DNA from: Raphidiopsis brookii D9
Lineage (GTDB): Bacteria; Cyanobacteriota; Cyanobacteriia; Cyanobacteriales; Nostocaceae
Direction of reading: 5' to 3'
Assembly: GCA_000175855.1 (NCBI GenBank)
Contig: ACYB01000038.1
Coordinates: 60,001-92,000 of the forward strand
DNA: 32,000 nucleotides
Below the pieces are notes generated by a model. It was not told the origin of the DNA. It saw only the letters and a list, made by a program, of their open reading frames with translations, and ran no database searches. The translations under genes were made by a program, and so were the position numbers. Positions within the stretch are counted from its first letter, which is position 1. Every line of letters begins with the position of its first letter. This document shows positions 11,090 through 20,442 of the stretch, piece after piece.

Positions 11090-11929
11090 ATGTTGAAAAT
11101 TACGAAATGGTTAAGGTTGCCTAAAAGGGGCCATAGACCAAAAAACCTCTCAATAGAAGAGCAACAGTTACAAAAACTTTCGGAGTTGGGAAGTCAGTTA
11201 GCAGCTTTACGCCAGGAAAAGGGGTTGTCTATAAATGAAGTGGTTTTGACCACTAGAATTCCTGGACGTTTACTCACTGCAATTGAGGAAGGAGACTTGA
11301 CAAATCTCCCCGAACCTATTTACATTCAGGGTCTTATCAGACGGTTTGCTAACGAACTGGGTTTGAATGGGGTGGAGTTAGCCAGCAATTTCCCCACGGG
11401 CTCGCCAAAATTGGTTTTTAAACCTAGATATGGATATAGGGCTCGGTCTTTCTTAGAATTACGTACTTTCCATCTTTACTTGCTTTACATATTTGTCATA
11501 GTTTGTTCAGTAAATGGTCTATCTCAATCCCTAACCCAAAATATAAAAGCTAAAGAAAATGACAATGAACCTAGCCTGCAGGCTAGTGCGGATATATCTG
11601 CTAGAAAAACCCCCACTAAAATAATAAAAGTTCGTCAACTAGTCAACTCAGCTAGTAACGGGAACGATACTAAGAATGATCCTGTACAAGTTCGTATTAT
11701 TGTGAATTCACAGGCTTGGATACGGGTTGTAGCTGATGGCAAAACAAAATTTGAAGGAGTTTTGACCCAGGGATCTCAAAGGGATTGGGAAGCTACTGAG
11801 GAACTAACAGTCAAAACAAATAATGCTGGGGGTGTGCTAATGAAGGTTAATCAGGAAGAACCTAAACAAATGGGAAAACCAGGGAAATCTGGTGAAATTA
11901 GAATTGCATCTAAAAACCTTCAACTTTGA
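11090..11929 (+). CDS. RodZ-like helix-turn-helix membrane protein with a DUF4115-type C-terminal domain
   Basis: 279 aa. HTH segment (LRQEKGLSINEVVLTTRIPGRLLTAIEEG), one TM helix (FHLYLLYIFVIVCSV), and a C-terminal beta domain (VRIIVNSQAWIRVVADGKTKFEGVL). The true start may be further downstream. Confidence 0.7.
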   Translation: MLKITKWLRLPKRGHRPKNLSIEEQQLQKLSELGSQLAALRQEKGLSINEVVLTTRIPGRLLTAIEEGDLTNLPEPIYIQGLIRRFANELGLNGVELASNFPTGSPKLVFKPRYGYRARSFLELRTFHLYLLYIFVIVCSVNGLSQSLTQNIKAKENDNEPSLQASADISARKTPTKIIKVRQLVNSASNGNDTKNDPVQVRIIVNSQAWIRVVADGKTKFEGVLTQGSQRDWEATEELTVKTNNAGGVLMKVNQEEPKQMGKPGKSGEIRIASKNLQL

Positions 11930-11976
11930 TGGTTATTGGGGGGTTCACACCGTTCAAACTACCCCCAGCAGCCAAA

Positions 11977-13485
11977 TCAGGAAGTTTTGGGAGATCGACC
12001 ACAAAGTTGAGTGATGGTTTTTAGACGATTACTCAGTTCTTGACTTAGCACACCTTCTTCATAACGCCATTCCCAGTTACCTTCTGTTGTACCCGGGTAG
12101 TTCATTCTAGACTCCGTTCCCAACCCCAAAATATCCTGTAGGGGAATGATGGACTGATTGGCAATAGATATCAAAGCTAGTCGGATCAAATCCCAGTTAA
12201 TTCCATCACTACTAACACCACCTAAGTATAATAATAGGTTTTGCTTTTCGTAATCGTTGGCAGTGTTAAACCAGCCAACAGTTGTGTCATTATCATGGGT
12301 ACCAGTATAGACCACAGCATTTCTGGGATAGTTAAAGGGTAGAAATGGATTTCCAGGATCGGAACCGAAGGCAAATTGTAATACCTTCATTCCAGGAAAC
12401 TCAAATTCATCCCTTAGCGCCTCTACCTCTGGGGTGATAATTCCCAGATCTTCAGCTAGAATTGGCAATTTGCCCAGTCTTTGTTTAACTACGGCAAAAA
12501 ACTCTTTTCCAGGTGCTTTTATCCACTCCCCGTTAATAGCAGTTTCTTCCCCTTGGGGAACAGCCCAATAGGCTTCAAAACCCCGAAAGTGGTCAATGCG
12601 GATTATATCCACATAATCTAGTATGGCTTCAAAACGTTGCACCCACCAGGCAAAATCCTGCTTTTCCAATTCCTCCCAGTTGTAAACCGGATTTCCCCAC
12701 AATTGGCCAGTAGCGCTAAAATAGTCTGGTGGCACCCCGGCCATTAGATCCACTGCTCCCGTCTTTGTATCTAAGGCAAAAAACTCGGGATTTGCCCACA
12801 CGTCAGCACTATCATGAGCTACATAAATGGGTATATCCCCAATAATACCTATTCCTCGTTCGTTGGCATACTCTTTGAGTTTTGACCACTGACGAAAAAA
12901 CTCATATTGAATAAATTTGTAATAGAATATCTGTTCTGCTAGATCTTGCTCAATCTTGCTTATGGCCTCTGGTTCTCGCCTCGCTAATTCTAATGGCCAA
13001 TTATACCAACCTTCTCCGTCGTGGGCATCTTTGATGGACATGAACAGCGCATAATTGTTTAACCAATAACCTTTGCTCTGGCAAAATTGATCAAATGCCG
13101 CCCTTTGGTGACTATTAGCACTTCTTTGAAAGTTATCGCATGCCCGCTGGAGCAAATTGATTTTTTGCGGGATCACTTGTGCAAAATCTACTTTATCAGC
13201 AGTAAATTGGGGTAAATCAGCAAAATCAGCCTCACATAACAAACCCTCATTTACTAGCTTGTCTGGACTAATTAGTAAGTGATTCCCCGCCATGGCAGAA
13301 TAGCACATGTAAGGAGAACTACCATAGCCCGTGGGACCTAGGGGTAAAACTTGCCAATACTGCTGATAGCTCTCTTTCAGAAAATCAATAAAACGATAGG
13401 CCTCCAACCCCAGGTCACCAATGCCGAAGCGACTGGGAAAACAACTGGGATGAAGTAAAATTCCACTGGATCTTGGAAAGGGCAT
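11977..13485 (-). CDS. malQ: 4-alpha-glucanotransferase (amylomaltase)
   Basis: The ORF extends to 13575, but MPFPRSSGILLHPS is the canonical MalQ N-terminus, so I prefer the ATG at 13485 (502 aa). GH77 motifs IRIDHFRGF, LPILAEDLG and YTGTHDNDT. Confidence 0.93.
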   Translation of the reverse strand: MPFPRSSGILLHPSCFPSRFGIGDLGLEAYRFIDFLKESYQQYWQVLPLGPTGYGSSPYMCYSAMAGNHLLISPDKLVNEGLLCEADFADLPQFTADKVDFAQVIPQKINLLQRACDNFQRSANSHQRAAFDQFCQSKGYWLNNYALFMSIKDAHDGEGWYNWPLELARREPEAISKIEQDLAEQIFYYKFIQYEFFRQWSKLKEYANERGIGIIGDIPIYVAHDSADVWANPEFFALDTKTGAVDLMAGVPPDYFSATGQLWGNPVYNWEELEKQDFAWWVQRFEAILDYVDIIRIDHFRGFEAYWAVPQGEETAINGEWIKAPGKEFFAVVKQRLGKLPILAEDLGIITPEVEALRDEFEFPGMKVLQFAFGSDPGNPFLPFNYPRNAVVYTGTHDNDTTVGWFNTANDYEKQNLLLYLGGVSSDGINWDLIRLALISIANQSIIPLQDILGLGTESRMNYPGTTEGNWEWRYEEGVLSQELSNRLKTITQLCGRSPKTS

Positions 13486-13595
13486 AGTTGGGAGAGAAAA
13501 ACAGATGGCGGTTAATTCAGGAAACAATGATAATGCTACATTGAACTCGTCCTCTAAATTCCATTGAACTTTCAAAACATCTTAATTCTTAACAA

Positions 13596-13820
13596 TCAAT
13601 GATCTGCTGCTCTTTCTATATATTGACTTTCTACTAGAAAGGTACCCTGGCTAAAACGCACTACCCAATATCCCCCTGGTCTAAGGTCAACAACTGTACC
13701 TTCTTCCTGAATGCTAACTACATCGGGAGGGCGTAACATGGGCATGGGATCAGCAGTTTTGATATAGGGGGGTAGGGTGACTAAACGAACTCTACTGCCA
13801 ATGAAAAATTCTGTGGACAT
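13596..13820 (-). CDS. Small conserved cyanobacterial protein (DUF3148-like, from memory)
   Basis: 74 aa. The pattern LPPYIKTADPMPMLRPPDVV...RPGGYWVVRF resembles a conserved cyanobacterial/plastid-lineage small protein family. Not verified. Confidence 0.6.
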   Translation of the reverse strand: MSTEFFIGSRVRLVTLPPYIKTADPMPMLRPPDVVSIQEEGTVVDLRPGGYWVVRFSQGTFLVESQYIERAADH

Positions 13821-13912
13821 GGGAAATAAAAAAGAGTGTAATTGATCCTGCAGGATAGCAAAAGGCGATCGCCATAGACTATTCTAAATATAGTCGCTTT
13901 TAAATTATTTTC

Positions 13913-14551
13913 GTGACCAGAGAACGGGAACCCTTAATTAGTTTAGCACTTTACCACGCTTTCAAATGGTCGGTGGTTAGCCCCATGTTACACGCTTACT
14001 TTGGGGGCAAAATTTATGGGGTGGAAAATGTTCCCCAAACAGGTGGGTTGGTGATCGTCAGTAACCATGCTAGTTACTTTGACCCTCCCATAGTGTCTAA
14101 TTGTGTATGTCGTCCCGTAGCATACATGGCGAAGGAGGAATTATTCAAAATTCCTGTTTTAGCCCAGGCCATTAAATTATATGGTGCCTATCCGGTAAGT
14201 CGCGGTACATCAGATAGAGCAGCAATTAGATACGCTCTGGAATATTTGGAAAATGGTTGGGCAGTAGGAGTATTTTTGGAAGGAACTAGAACCCGTGATG
14301 GGCGTGTTCATGACCCTAAACGAGGCGCCGCACTACTAGCTGCTAAGGCTAAGGTTCCCCTATTACCGGTGAGTTTGTGGGGAAGTGAAAAAATCGTCCA
14401 ACCGGGTACACCTATTCCCCGCAAGGTTCCCTTAACTATTAGAATTGGTAAATTGATTGCAACTCCTAGTTCCACAAGTAAGGAGGAATTGGAAGCAGTT
14501 ACTCATCAATGTGCGAACGCTATCAATACGTTACATGATTTGGGTAGGTAG
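13913..14551 (+). CDS. plsC: 1-acyl-sn-glycerol-3-phosphate acyltransferase
   Basis: 212 aa with a GTG start. Acyltransferase motifs NHASYFD (HX4D) and FLEGTRTRDG. Confidence 0.88.
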   Translation: MTREREPLISLALYHAFKWSVVSPMLHAYFGGKIYGVENVPQTGGLVIVSNHASYFDPPIVSNCVCRPVAYMAKEELFKIPVLAQAIKLYGAYPVSRGTSDRAAIRYALEYLENGWAVGVFLEGTRTRDGRVHDPKRGAALLAAKAKVPLLPVSLWGSEKIVQPGTPIPRKVPLTIRIGKLIATPSSTSKEELEAVTHQCANAINTLHDLGR

Positions 14552-14565
14552 TAAATAGGCAAATT

Positions 14566-14853
14566 ATGTCAGATTTAAGAGAAAAGCTAACAGAGAACCT
14601 AGATGAAGCAGAATGGGAATGGTTAGTCCCCCACGCTCAAAGAGATGTTATCATTGTGGTAGCGTCAGGATTAGACCTATTGGATGTGGGAGAGGCGATC
14701 GCCAGTGATAATACTCAGTCTGTTGGGGTGTGGATTGATGAACAATTAATTAGTAAGCCTTCTCCCATACAGTTAGGAGATTGGAATGGCAATCCCACTA
14801 AAAGATTTAATGCGTTGATTATAGAACCTTATGTTTTAATACAGGAGAAATGA
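14566..14853 (+). CDS. Small conserved protein, DUF2288-like (from memory)
   Basis: 95 aa, lying 14 nt after plsC and 4 nt before rsmH, which suggests one operon. Family assignment not verified. Confidence 0.6.
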   Translation: MSDLREKLTENLDEAEWEWLVPHAQRDVIIVVASGLDLLDVGEAIASDNTQSVGVWIDEQLISKPSPIQLGDWNGNPTKRFNALIIEPYVLIQEK

Positions 14854-14857
14854 GTTA

Positions 14858-15775
14858 ATGGTTATCAATAACCGTAACTTGCCAAATCACACGCCATTAA
14901 CACCATTAAATCAAGTTCCTTTTTCTCATATTCCCGTTCTGGGTGAGGAATTAATTAGGGGTTTAAATATCCAAGCGGGTGGCAATTATTTGGATTTAAC
15001 TGTGGGTGGTGGTGGACACTCTCGGTTAATATTACAAGCTGCTGACAACACTAAGGTGATGGCGGTTGACCAGGATTTAGATGCTGTGATAGCAGCAAAA
15101 ACCCGTTTGTCTGAGTTTGGAGATCGTGTTGATTTTCTACACACTAATTTTGTTAATTTTCCCTTCCCCCCCAATACTTATGATGGCATTTTGGCAGATT
15201 TGGGGGTCAGTTCCTATCATTTGGATAATCCAGAAAGGGGGTTTAGTTTTAGACACACTGCTAATTTGGACATGCGCATGAATCAACAACAATCTATCAC
15301 CGCTGCTGATATAGTTAATGGGTGGGATGAACAAGAACTGACCCATATTTTTTTTGAATATGGTGAAGAAAGACTTTCGCGAAAAATAGCTAGGCGCATT
15401 ATTGAAAACCGCCCTTTTTCCACCACTACACAACTAGCAGAATCCATCAGCTCCTGTGTTCCACCTAAATATCGCTATGGTAGAATACACCCAGCAACTC
15501 GTGTTTTCCAAGCTCTACGTCTAGCAGTTAATGATGAGTTACAAGTGCTGGAAACTTTGCTTCACAAAGCACCCCCTTCCCTGGTCCCTGGAGGAAAAAT
15601 TGCTCTTATTAGTTTTCATAGCTTGGAGGATAGAATTGTCAAACACGGGTTACGGAACTCTGACCTATTAACGGTGATGACTAAAAAACCAATTACGGCC
15701 ACGGACCCCGAAATTCAACACAATCCCCGCTCCCGCTCGGCCAAATTGAGAATAGCACAAAAAGTTGCTTTTTAG
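14858..15775 (+). CDS. rsmH: 16S rRNA (cytosine1402-N4)-methyltransferase
   Basis: 305 aa. [44 protein letters not shown] and [10 protein letters not shown] are all RsmH/MraW hallmarks. Confidence 0.95.
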   Translation: MVINNRNLPNHTPLTPLNQVPFSHIPVLGEELIRGLNIQAGGNYLDLTVGGGGHSRLILQAADNTKVMAVDQDLDAVIAAKTRLSEFGDRVDFLHTNFVNFPFPPNTYDGILADLGVSSYHLDNPERGFSFRHTANLDMRMNQQQSITAADIVNGWDEQELTHIFFEYGEERLSRKIARRIIENRPFSTTTQLAESISSCVPPKYRYGRIHPATRVFQALRLAVNDELQVLETLLHKAPPSLVPGGKIALISFHSLEDRIVKHGLRNSDLLTVMTKKPITATDPEIQHNPRSRSAKLRIAQKVAF

Positions 15776-15799
15776 TTTTTAAAAACTAGAAACCCATAA

Positions 15800-15985
15800 T
15801 TTAGTTGACCACAACGCCGTTTTACCTAAGTTTATGACCTGGTTAAACCAGGTGGGAATGGCTGTTGCTTGTTTAAAGTTTCCGAGTAAAATCTCGGTCT
15901 ACGGCCACAAGAACTAATTAGTTCCCTTTTCGTTAAAGACATAGATCAAAAAACTTGAGGGCAGTCACCAACGTCGTAGTTCAAC
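15800..15985 (-). ncRNA. ssaA: Candidate 6S RNA (about 185 nt), immediately downstream of purK
   Basis: Long imperfect closing helix on the minus strand: 15985-15981 pairs with 15804-15808. After one bulged A, 15979-15969 pairs with 15809-15819 as 11 consecutive pairs, 4 of them G:U (these would be A:C on the plus strand). 15958-15951 pairs with 15825-15833. Internal hairpins at 15838-15854, 15882-15897 and 15911-15924. The length and the purK linkage fit what I recall for cyanobacterial 6S RNA. The ends are approximate. Confidence 0.5.
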
Positions 15986-15991
15986 TCCTAT

Positions 15992-16019
15992 ATTATAACT
16001 ATTAACTATTATTTGTACA
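15992..16019 (-). promoter_or_regulatory. Sigma70-type promoter candidate for the 6S-like RNA (TGTACA-N16-TATAAT)
   Basis: On the minus strand there is a perfect TATAAT at 15997-15992 and TGTACA at 16019-16014 with a 16-nt spacer. The predicted start (~15985) coincides with the first base of the closing helix. Confidence 0.3.
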
Positions 16020-16041
16020 GGGGGGAAGAAAAAATTTTCTC

Positions 16042-17199
16042 CTATCTATCTGCACCACCTCCGGTGTACCATATAGATTCTACTTCATAAATAATTCGCT
16101 CTATCAACTCACGATTTAGCTCTTTTACTAATATTGTGATATGTCCTAATTTCCGTCCCGGACGAGATTCCCTTTTACCATACCAGTGTACATGGGAGTG
16201 GGGAATAGTTGCTAATTTCTCCCTAATCTGGAAATACTCATTGTGTGATTCTTCATACCCTAATAAGTTGACCATGACCGCAGCTGGAAAGGTCAAACTT
16301 GTGTCCCCTAAATCCATTCCCACAACAGCTCTGAGCTGTTGCTCAAATTGGGATGTTTTACAAGCATCTAAGGAAAAATGACCAGAGTTATGAGTCCTGG
16401 GTGCAATTTCGTTGATTAAAATCCTCCCCCCAGCAGTAATAAATAACTCAATCCCAAATACCCCCACTACTCCTAAACTGGTTAATATCTTACGAGCGAT
16501 CGCCACAATTTGGTCTTCCTGGTCAGGGGGTAATATCCGCTGGGACAATAACCCTGCGACAAACCTGTTTTCCTGTTGGGTTTCTACTACTGGGTAGGTC
16601 ACGATCTCTCCTTTCACTGAACGAGCAGCAACAATTGCCAACTCTTTAGTAAAAGGAACAAATTCTTCAATGAGGAATTCAACATTTTTTTTATCAACTT
16701 GATTGACTAAATTAGAAAAACAAGCATGATTATCTATAATAAAAGTACCCTGACCATCATAACCATGTCTCCTAGCTTTAACCACTAGGGGAAACCCCAA
16801 ATATTCTATTTTTGATGCCAAATCTGGCGAATTTACCCAAGGGAAAAATTGCGGCACAGGTAAATTTAAATCTCTCAAATAGCATCTTTGATGATACTTA
16901 TCCAATAAACGAGATAAAGCTCCTAAATGGGGACGAAAACATACGCCTTGCTTCTCTAAACCAGACAAAGCATCCAAATTAACGAACTCATTTTCAAAAG
17001 TAATCAGATCCGATTTAGTAGCTAACACACCCGTTGCCACCGCATCCTCAACAGATGCTAAAACTACATCCTGCGCAATAGCCACCGCCGGGTCAGTTCT
17101 AGCAGGAGTCTGTACTATCAAGTCTAAACCTAGGCTTTTAGCTGGTTCCCCCATCATCAAAGCCAGTTGTCCACCACCAATTATACCTATGCGCTTCAT
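16042..17199 (-). CDS. purK: 5-(carboxyamino)imidazole ribonucleotide synthase (N5-CAIR synthetase)
   Basis: 385 aa. N-terminus MKRIGIIGGGQLALMM, an ATP-grasp core (GFPLVVKARRHGYDGQGTF) and INEIAPRTHNSGH. Confidence 0.93.
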   Translation of the reverse strand: MKRIGIIGGGQLALMMGEPAKSLGLDLIVQTPARTDPAVAIAQDVVLASVEDAVATGVLATKSDLITFENEFVNLDALSGLEKQGVCFRPHLGALSRLLDKYHQRCYLRDLNLPVPQFFPWVNSPDLASKIEYLGFPLVVKARRHGYDGQGTFIIDNHACFSNLVNQVDKKNVEFLIEEFVPFTKELAIVAARSVKGEIVTYPVVETQQENRFVAGLLSQRILPPDQEDQIVAIARKILTSLGVVGVFGIELFITAGGRILINEIAPRTHNSGHFSLDACKTSQFEQQLRAVVGMDLGDTSLTFPAAVMVNLLGYEESHNEYFQIREKLATIPHSHVHWYGKRESRPGRKLGHITILVKELNRELIERIIYEVESIWYTGGGADR

Positions 17200-17684
17200 C
17201 TACACCCCAAAGAATCCCGAGTCTGAACATGGGTTTGAGAATTTACTCCCCTGGCACTCTTGCATAACTCCCCTACTTGTCCCCTATCTAAAATAGCTTC
17301 AGTGAAATCTGCTCCGTCAATGTTTGCCTCAGTAAAGATAGAACGCAGCAAAATTGCCTCCAAAAAAATAGCATCGCTTAAATCAGCACCTGTTAATTTT
17401 ACCTGATCCAGCATAGCATTGGTTAAATCCGCCCCATGTAAATTTGCTTGGGTCATGACAGAAGCACTAAAAACTGCTCCTCGCAAGTCAGCATTAGCAA
17501 AATTAGCCATTTCTAAATTAGCATTAGAGAATTCAGCAGCTTGTAAATTTTGTCCGGAAAAATTATGTCTTCCTAACTCGGCGTTACTAAATGATAGGGG
17601 ATGAGTCCAATCTACTGCTACTGCTGGCAATGTTATACACCAGAGGATGATTACCAATGACAATAATAAACCTAGTCGCTTCAT
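17196..17684 (-). CDS. Pentapeptide-repeat protein with an N-terminal signal peptide (probably lumenal or periplasmic)
   Basis: 162 aa. Signal-like N-terminus MKRLGLLLSLVIILWCITLPAVA, followed by A(D/N)LxG-type pentapeptide repeats. The stop overlaps the purK ATG (ATGA at 17196-17199). Confidence 0.9.
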   Translation of the reverse strand: MKRLGLLLSLVIILWCITLPAVAVDWTHPLSFSNAELGRHNFSGQNLQAAEFSNANLEMANFANADLRGAVFSASVMTQANLHGADLTNAMLDQVKLTGADLSDAIFLEAILLRSIFTEANIDGADFTEAILDRGQVGELCKSARGVNSQTHVQTRDSLGCR

Positions 17685-17699
17685 CTTTTTTCGCCAACC

Positions 17700-18515
17700 C
17701 TAATAAACACCCAGTTCCCGCGAGCGTTCAGCTGCAGCTTTAACAGCTTCCATTACAGCAGAACGAAAACCAGCCCTCTCCAATTCCCTCACTCCAGCAA
17801 TGGTTGTTCCCCCCGGACTGGTTACTTGGTCTTTCAATTCTGCTGGATGTATATTAGTTTCTGCAATTAGTTTTGCTGTTCCCAACACTGTATGCAGTGC
17901 TAATTGTTTAGCCACTGCTCTGGGTAAACCGGATGCCACTCCGCCATCAGCTAATGCTTCTATCATTAATGCCACATAGGCAGGCCCGCTCCCAGATAAA
18001 CCAGTCACAGCGTCCATGAGGCTTTCAGATACTTCTACTACCTCCCCAATAGCTTGAAAAATTCTTGTAGCTATGTGGTGATGACCGGGTTGGAGGTGAC
18101 CTCCACAACAAATAGCGGTCATCCCCGCACCCACTGTCGCTGGTGTATTTGGCATAGCACGAACTATAGCCACTCCAGGAAAGGAGTTCTCTAATTTTTT
18201 TAAGGACACCCCGGCTAAAATAGAAATCATTAATGGGGAAGATTCTATGGGCAACATATCAACCACTTCCTCAACCACAGCAGAAAGGATTTGAGGTTTG
18301 ACAGCCAAAATCACTGTTTCTTTCACCTGAGACCAAATCTGACTATTGTCATTGGTTACAGACACCCCATACCTTTGCTGCAAAAAACTCCTTCGAGCTT
18401 CCTGAGGTTCACTAACGATTACTTCTGATACTTGGTAAATTTCCCTGGCCAGGAGACGGGATAAAATGGCTTCTCCCATCACCCCGCCCCCAATTAAACC
18501 CAATTTAATAGTCAT
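17700..18515 (-). CDS. proC: Pyrroline-5-carboxylate reductase
   Basis: 271 aa. LGLIGGGVMGEAI Rossmann N-terminus, RAMPNTPATVGAG, and the C-terminal SPGGTTIAGVRELE. Confidence 0.95.
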   Translation of the reverse strand: MTIKLGLIGGGVMGEAILSRLLAREIYQVSEVIVSEPQEARRSFLQQRYGVSVTNDNSQIWSQVKETVILAVKPQILSAVVEEVVDMLPIESSPLMISILAGVSLKKLENSFPGVAIVRAMPNTPATVGAGMTAICCGGHLQPGHHHIATRIFQAIGEVVEVSESLMDAVTGLSGSGPAYVALMIEALADGGVASGLPRAVAKQLALHTVLGTAKLIAETNIHPAELKDQVTSPGGTTIAGVRELERAGFRSAVMEAVKAAAERSRELGVY

Positions 18516-18545
18516 TTAGTGATTAGTTGTCCATTGGTTTAGTCT

Positions 18546-19127
18546 TTATTGTGCCATGCGATTAGGCTCACTTCCCCAATTACCAGTGTTCCGAACCGGA
18601 CGTACTGGAGGTTGGGGAACTTCATGTAAAAATCCCCCTTGGGTGCTAACTTGTACACAACTAGGAGTAAATAAAAATATACTTTCGCCTATTCTTTCCT
18701 GATGACCATCTAAAGCGTAAGTACCACCAGCAATAAAGTCCACAGCTCTTTGAGCTTGATCTGGATCCATAATTGTTAGGTTTAATACTAAAGACTTACG
18801 CTCCCGCAATGCTTGAATTGCTTGAGGCATTTCCTCAAAGGTACGGGGTTCTAAAACCAAAACCTCTGAAATTCCATTAATTGCACCGGGCATACCAATC
18901 ACATTAGTCATATGTTTTGATCCTGCTAGTTCTTCTTGAGTTACTGTGGGGGGGGTTTCTCGCCACCTTCTATTACTAGTGGTGGTTTCCTGTGGAGCTG
19001 GCTGAGGGTTTTCTGGCTGATAACTGGTTTGATAGTTATCATTATCCTGCTCCTCTTCATAGTACTCATATTCTACTGGCTCATTTAAGCCCACAAAATC
19101 TCTGAGTTTAGAAAATATGTTGTTCAT
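18546..19127 (-). CDS. sepF: Cell division protein SepF
   Basis: 193 aa. Acidic/Q-rich N-terminal half and a conserved C-terminal SepF domain ([30 protein letters not shown]...[17 protein letters not shown]). Confidence 0.9.
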   Translation of the reverse strand: MNNIFSKLRDFVGLNEPVEYEYYEEEQDNDNYQTSYQPENPQPAPQETTTSNRRWRETPPTVTQEELAGSKHMTNVIGMPGAINGISEVLVLEPRTFEEMPQAIQALRERKSLVLNLTIMDPDQAQRAVDFIAGGTYALDGHQERIGESIFLFTPSCVQVSTQGGFLHEVPQPPVRPVRNTGNWGSEPNRMAQ

Positions 19128-19492
19128 TTTTCATGCTCCTGGAAATTACCTTAATTGATCTGATGTAAATATAGCTGTTGTGGGCTTAGGTTTTTGCCTT
19201 TGTCAACATTTCGTTGCCATTAACTATGATTGATGGATCATGGATCATAGGTTCTGATTTCATGAGAAAATATGGAATCATTAGGATGCTCAAGAACTTG
19301 TTATGTAAATCAAAGATAGTATTACGCTCTTCAAATAGGAAGTCCCCCTATCCTAATTCTGTACCAATGATCATATTCGTCAAGAGGGTTATGAGACCCC
19401 ATACCCCAATAAATACTGACTTAACTACTAGTATTTAGTTTTTTGTATTACATGTTTTTTGATAGCCATGTAAAAATTAGTCCTATTTGCCA

Positions 19493-20167
19493 TCAATTCT
19501 CAGGGCGATTCCCAAATAAAATTGTCCCCAGTCTTACCATAGTTGCACCCGCTTTTACTGCCAAATTGTAGTCCCCAGACATACCCATAGATAGTTCCCT
19601 CATTCCTATATTTGCCCATTTTTGGCAGGCAATTTCTTGGGCTAGATTATAAGTATGATTAAATACATGCAATATTTTCTCTTCCTTTAAGCCCCAGGGA
19701 GGAATTGTCATCAAACCTTGAATTTGTAAATTTTGGTATTGACTTAGGAATGGCAAATCTGTTAACAATTGGGGCACTGTCCAGCCAGATTTTTGAGGGT
19801 CTGGGAGAATTTTGACCTGTAGGCAACTGCATAGACTAGCTCCGGTTGTTTGAGCTATAGTGTGAAGACGCTCAGCAATGTGTAGATTATCCACCGAATG
19901 AATCCAGGAAAATAACTCCACAGCCTTTTTAGCTTTGTTACTTTGTAAGTGACCAATAAAGTGCCAAGTAATGTCTGGTAAATCTTGCAACTCAATTTGT
20001 TTACTGGCCGCCTCTTGAATGCGACTTTCACCAAAATCACGAATACCAGCCCTATATGCTTCCCGCATCAATTGAGTTGATACCTGCTTACTAACAGCTA
20101 TTAACCTTACTGATGGGGGCAGTTGGGCGCGAATAATTGTTACCCGCTCAGCAATTGAACTTGTCAT
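19493..20167 (-). CDS. pipY: YggS/COG0325 family pyridoxal-phosphate-binding protein (PipY)
   Basis: 224 aa. RLIAVSKQ (PLP lysine), HFIGHLQSNK and SMGMSGDY. The start overlaps the pipX stop (ATGA at 20164-20167). Confidence 0.92.
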   Translation of the reverse strand: MTSSIAERVTIIRAQLPPSVRLIAVSKQVSTQLMREAYRAGIRDFGESRIQEAASKQIELQDLPDITWHFIGHLQSNKAKKAVELFSWIHSVDNLHIAERLHTIAQTTGASLCSCLQVKILPDPQKSGWTVPQLLTDLPFLSQYQNLQIQGLMTIPPWGLKEEKILHVFNHTYNLAQEIACQKWANIGMRELSMGMSGDYNLAVKAGATMVRLGTILFGNRPEN

Positions 20168-20442
20168 TGGAATGTACGCTGAAAAACTCCTTGAAGCTGA
20201 TCATACTCCTGTGGTTTACCACTGCGACGTAAAGTACGTAAACGATTTTCTATCATCATTCTGGCTTCAGTCCTACCAATGGACTGAAATTTCATCCCCT
20301 TAACGTCACTTGTTACCAAAAAAAATAGGCGTTGGGCATATAGTGTAGTAAATAGCTCTTGATTATCATCAACTATGGAGATCTTATAGAGTAAACCCCA
20401 TGTGGGATGATTGATGTAGGTTTCTGAGTGCTCTGGATTCAT
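20164..20442 (-). CDS. pipX: PII-interacting protein X
   Basis: 92 aa. NHPTWGLLY...LYAQRLFFLV...IGRTEARMMIENRLRTLRR...EYDQLQGVFQRTF closely follows the PipX sequence as I remember it from Synechococcus elongatus. Confidence 0.93.
   Translation of the reverse strand: MNPEHSETYINHPTWGLLYKISIVDDNQELFTTLYAQRLFFLVTSDVKGMKFQSIGRTEARMMIENRLRTLRRSGKPQEYDQLQGVFQRTFQ

Noticed and set aside
11937-11967. GGGGGT-N16-ACCCCC hairpin between the convergent rodZ-like and malQ genes, considered as a bidirectional terminator
   Set aside because: The stem is only 6 bp with a 16-nt loop, and no U-tract follows on either strand. It may still aid termination, but it does not meet intrinsic-terminator criteria. 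The same applies to the CAGGGAT-N9-ATCCCTG hairpin after ahcY (7815-7837).
13486-13575. Longer N-terminal extensions offered by the ORF track for malQ (to 13575), thiL (from 26098) and the second GT4 (from 5213)
   Set aside because: In each case an internal ATG gives the canonical family N-terminus (MPFPRSSGILLHP, MANLGEEYL, MKILFLDQSG) and removes gene overlap or non-conserved leader residues.
13845-13856. Perfect 12-bp palindrome ATCCTGCAGGAT in the divergent DUF3148-like/plsC promoter region, considered as a possible operator
   Set aside because: A 6+6 perfect palindrome is expected several times by chance in 32 kb, and nothing else supports a regulatory role.
19214-19438. Intergenic ORFs: 19214-19438 (+), 21760-21975 (-), 28470-28664 (+), 28589-28828 (-), 155-367 (-)
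   Set aside because: They are short and Ile/Lys/Asn-rich as expected from AT-rich non-coding DNA. They lack Shine-Dalgarno support, overlap real gene starts or each other, and have no recognisable domains.
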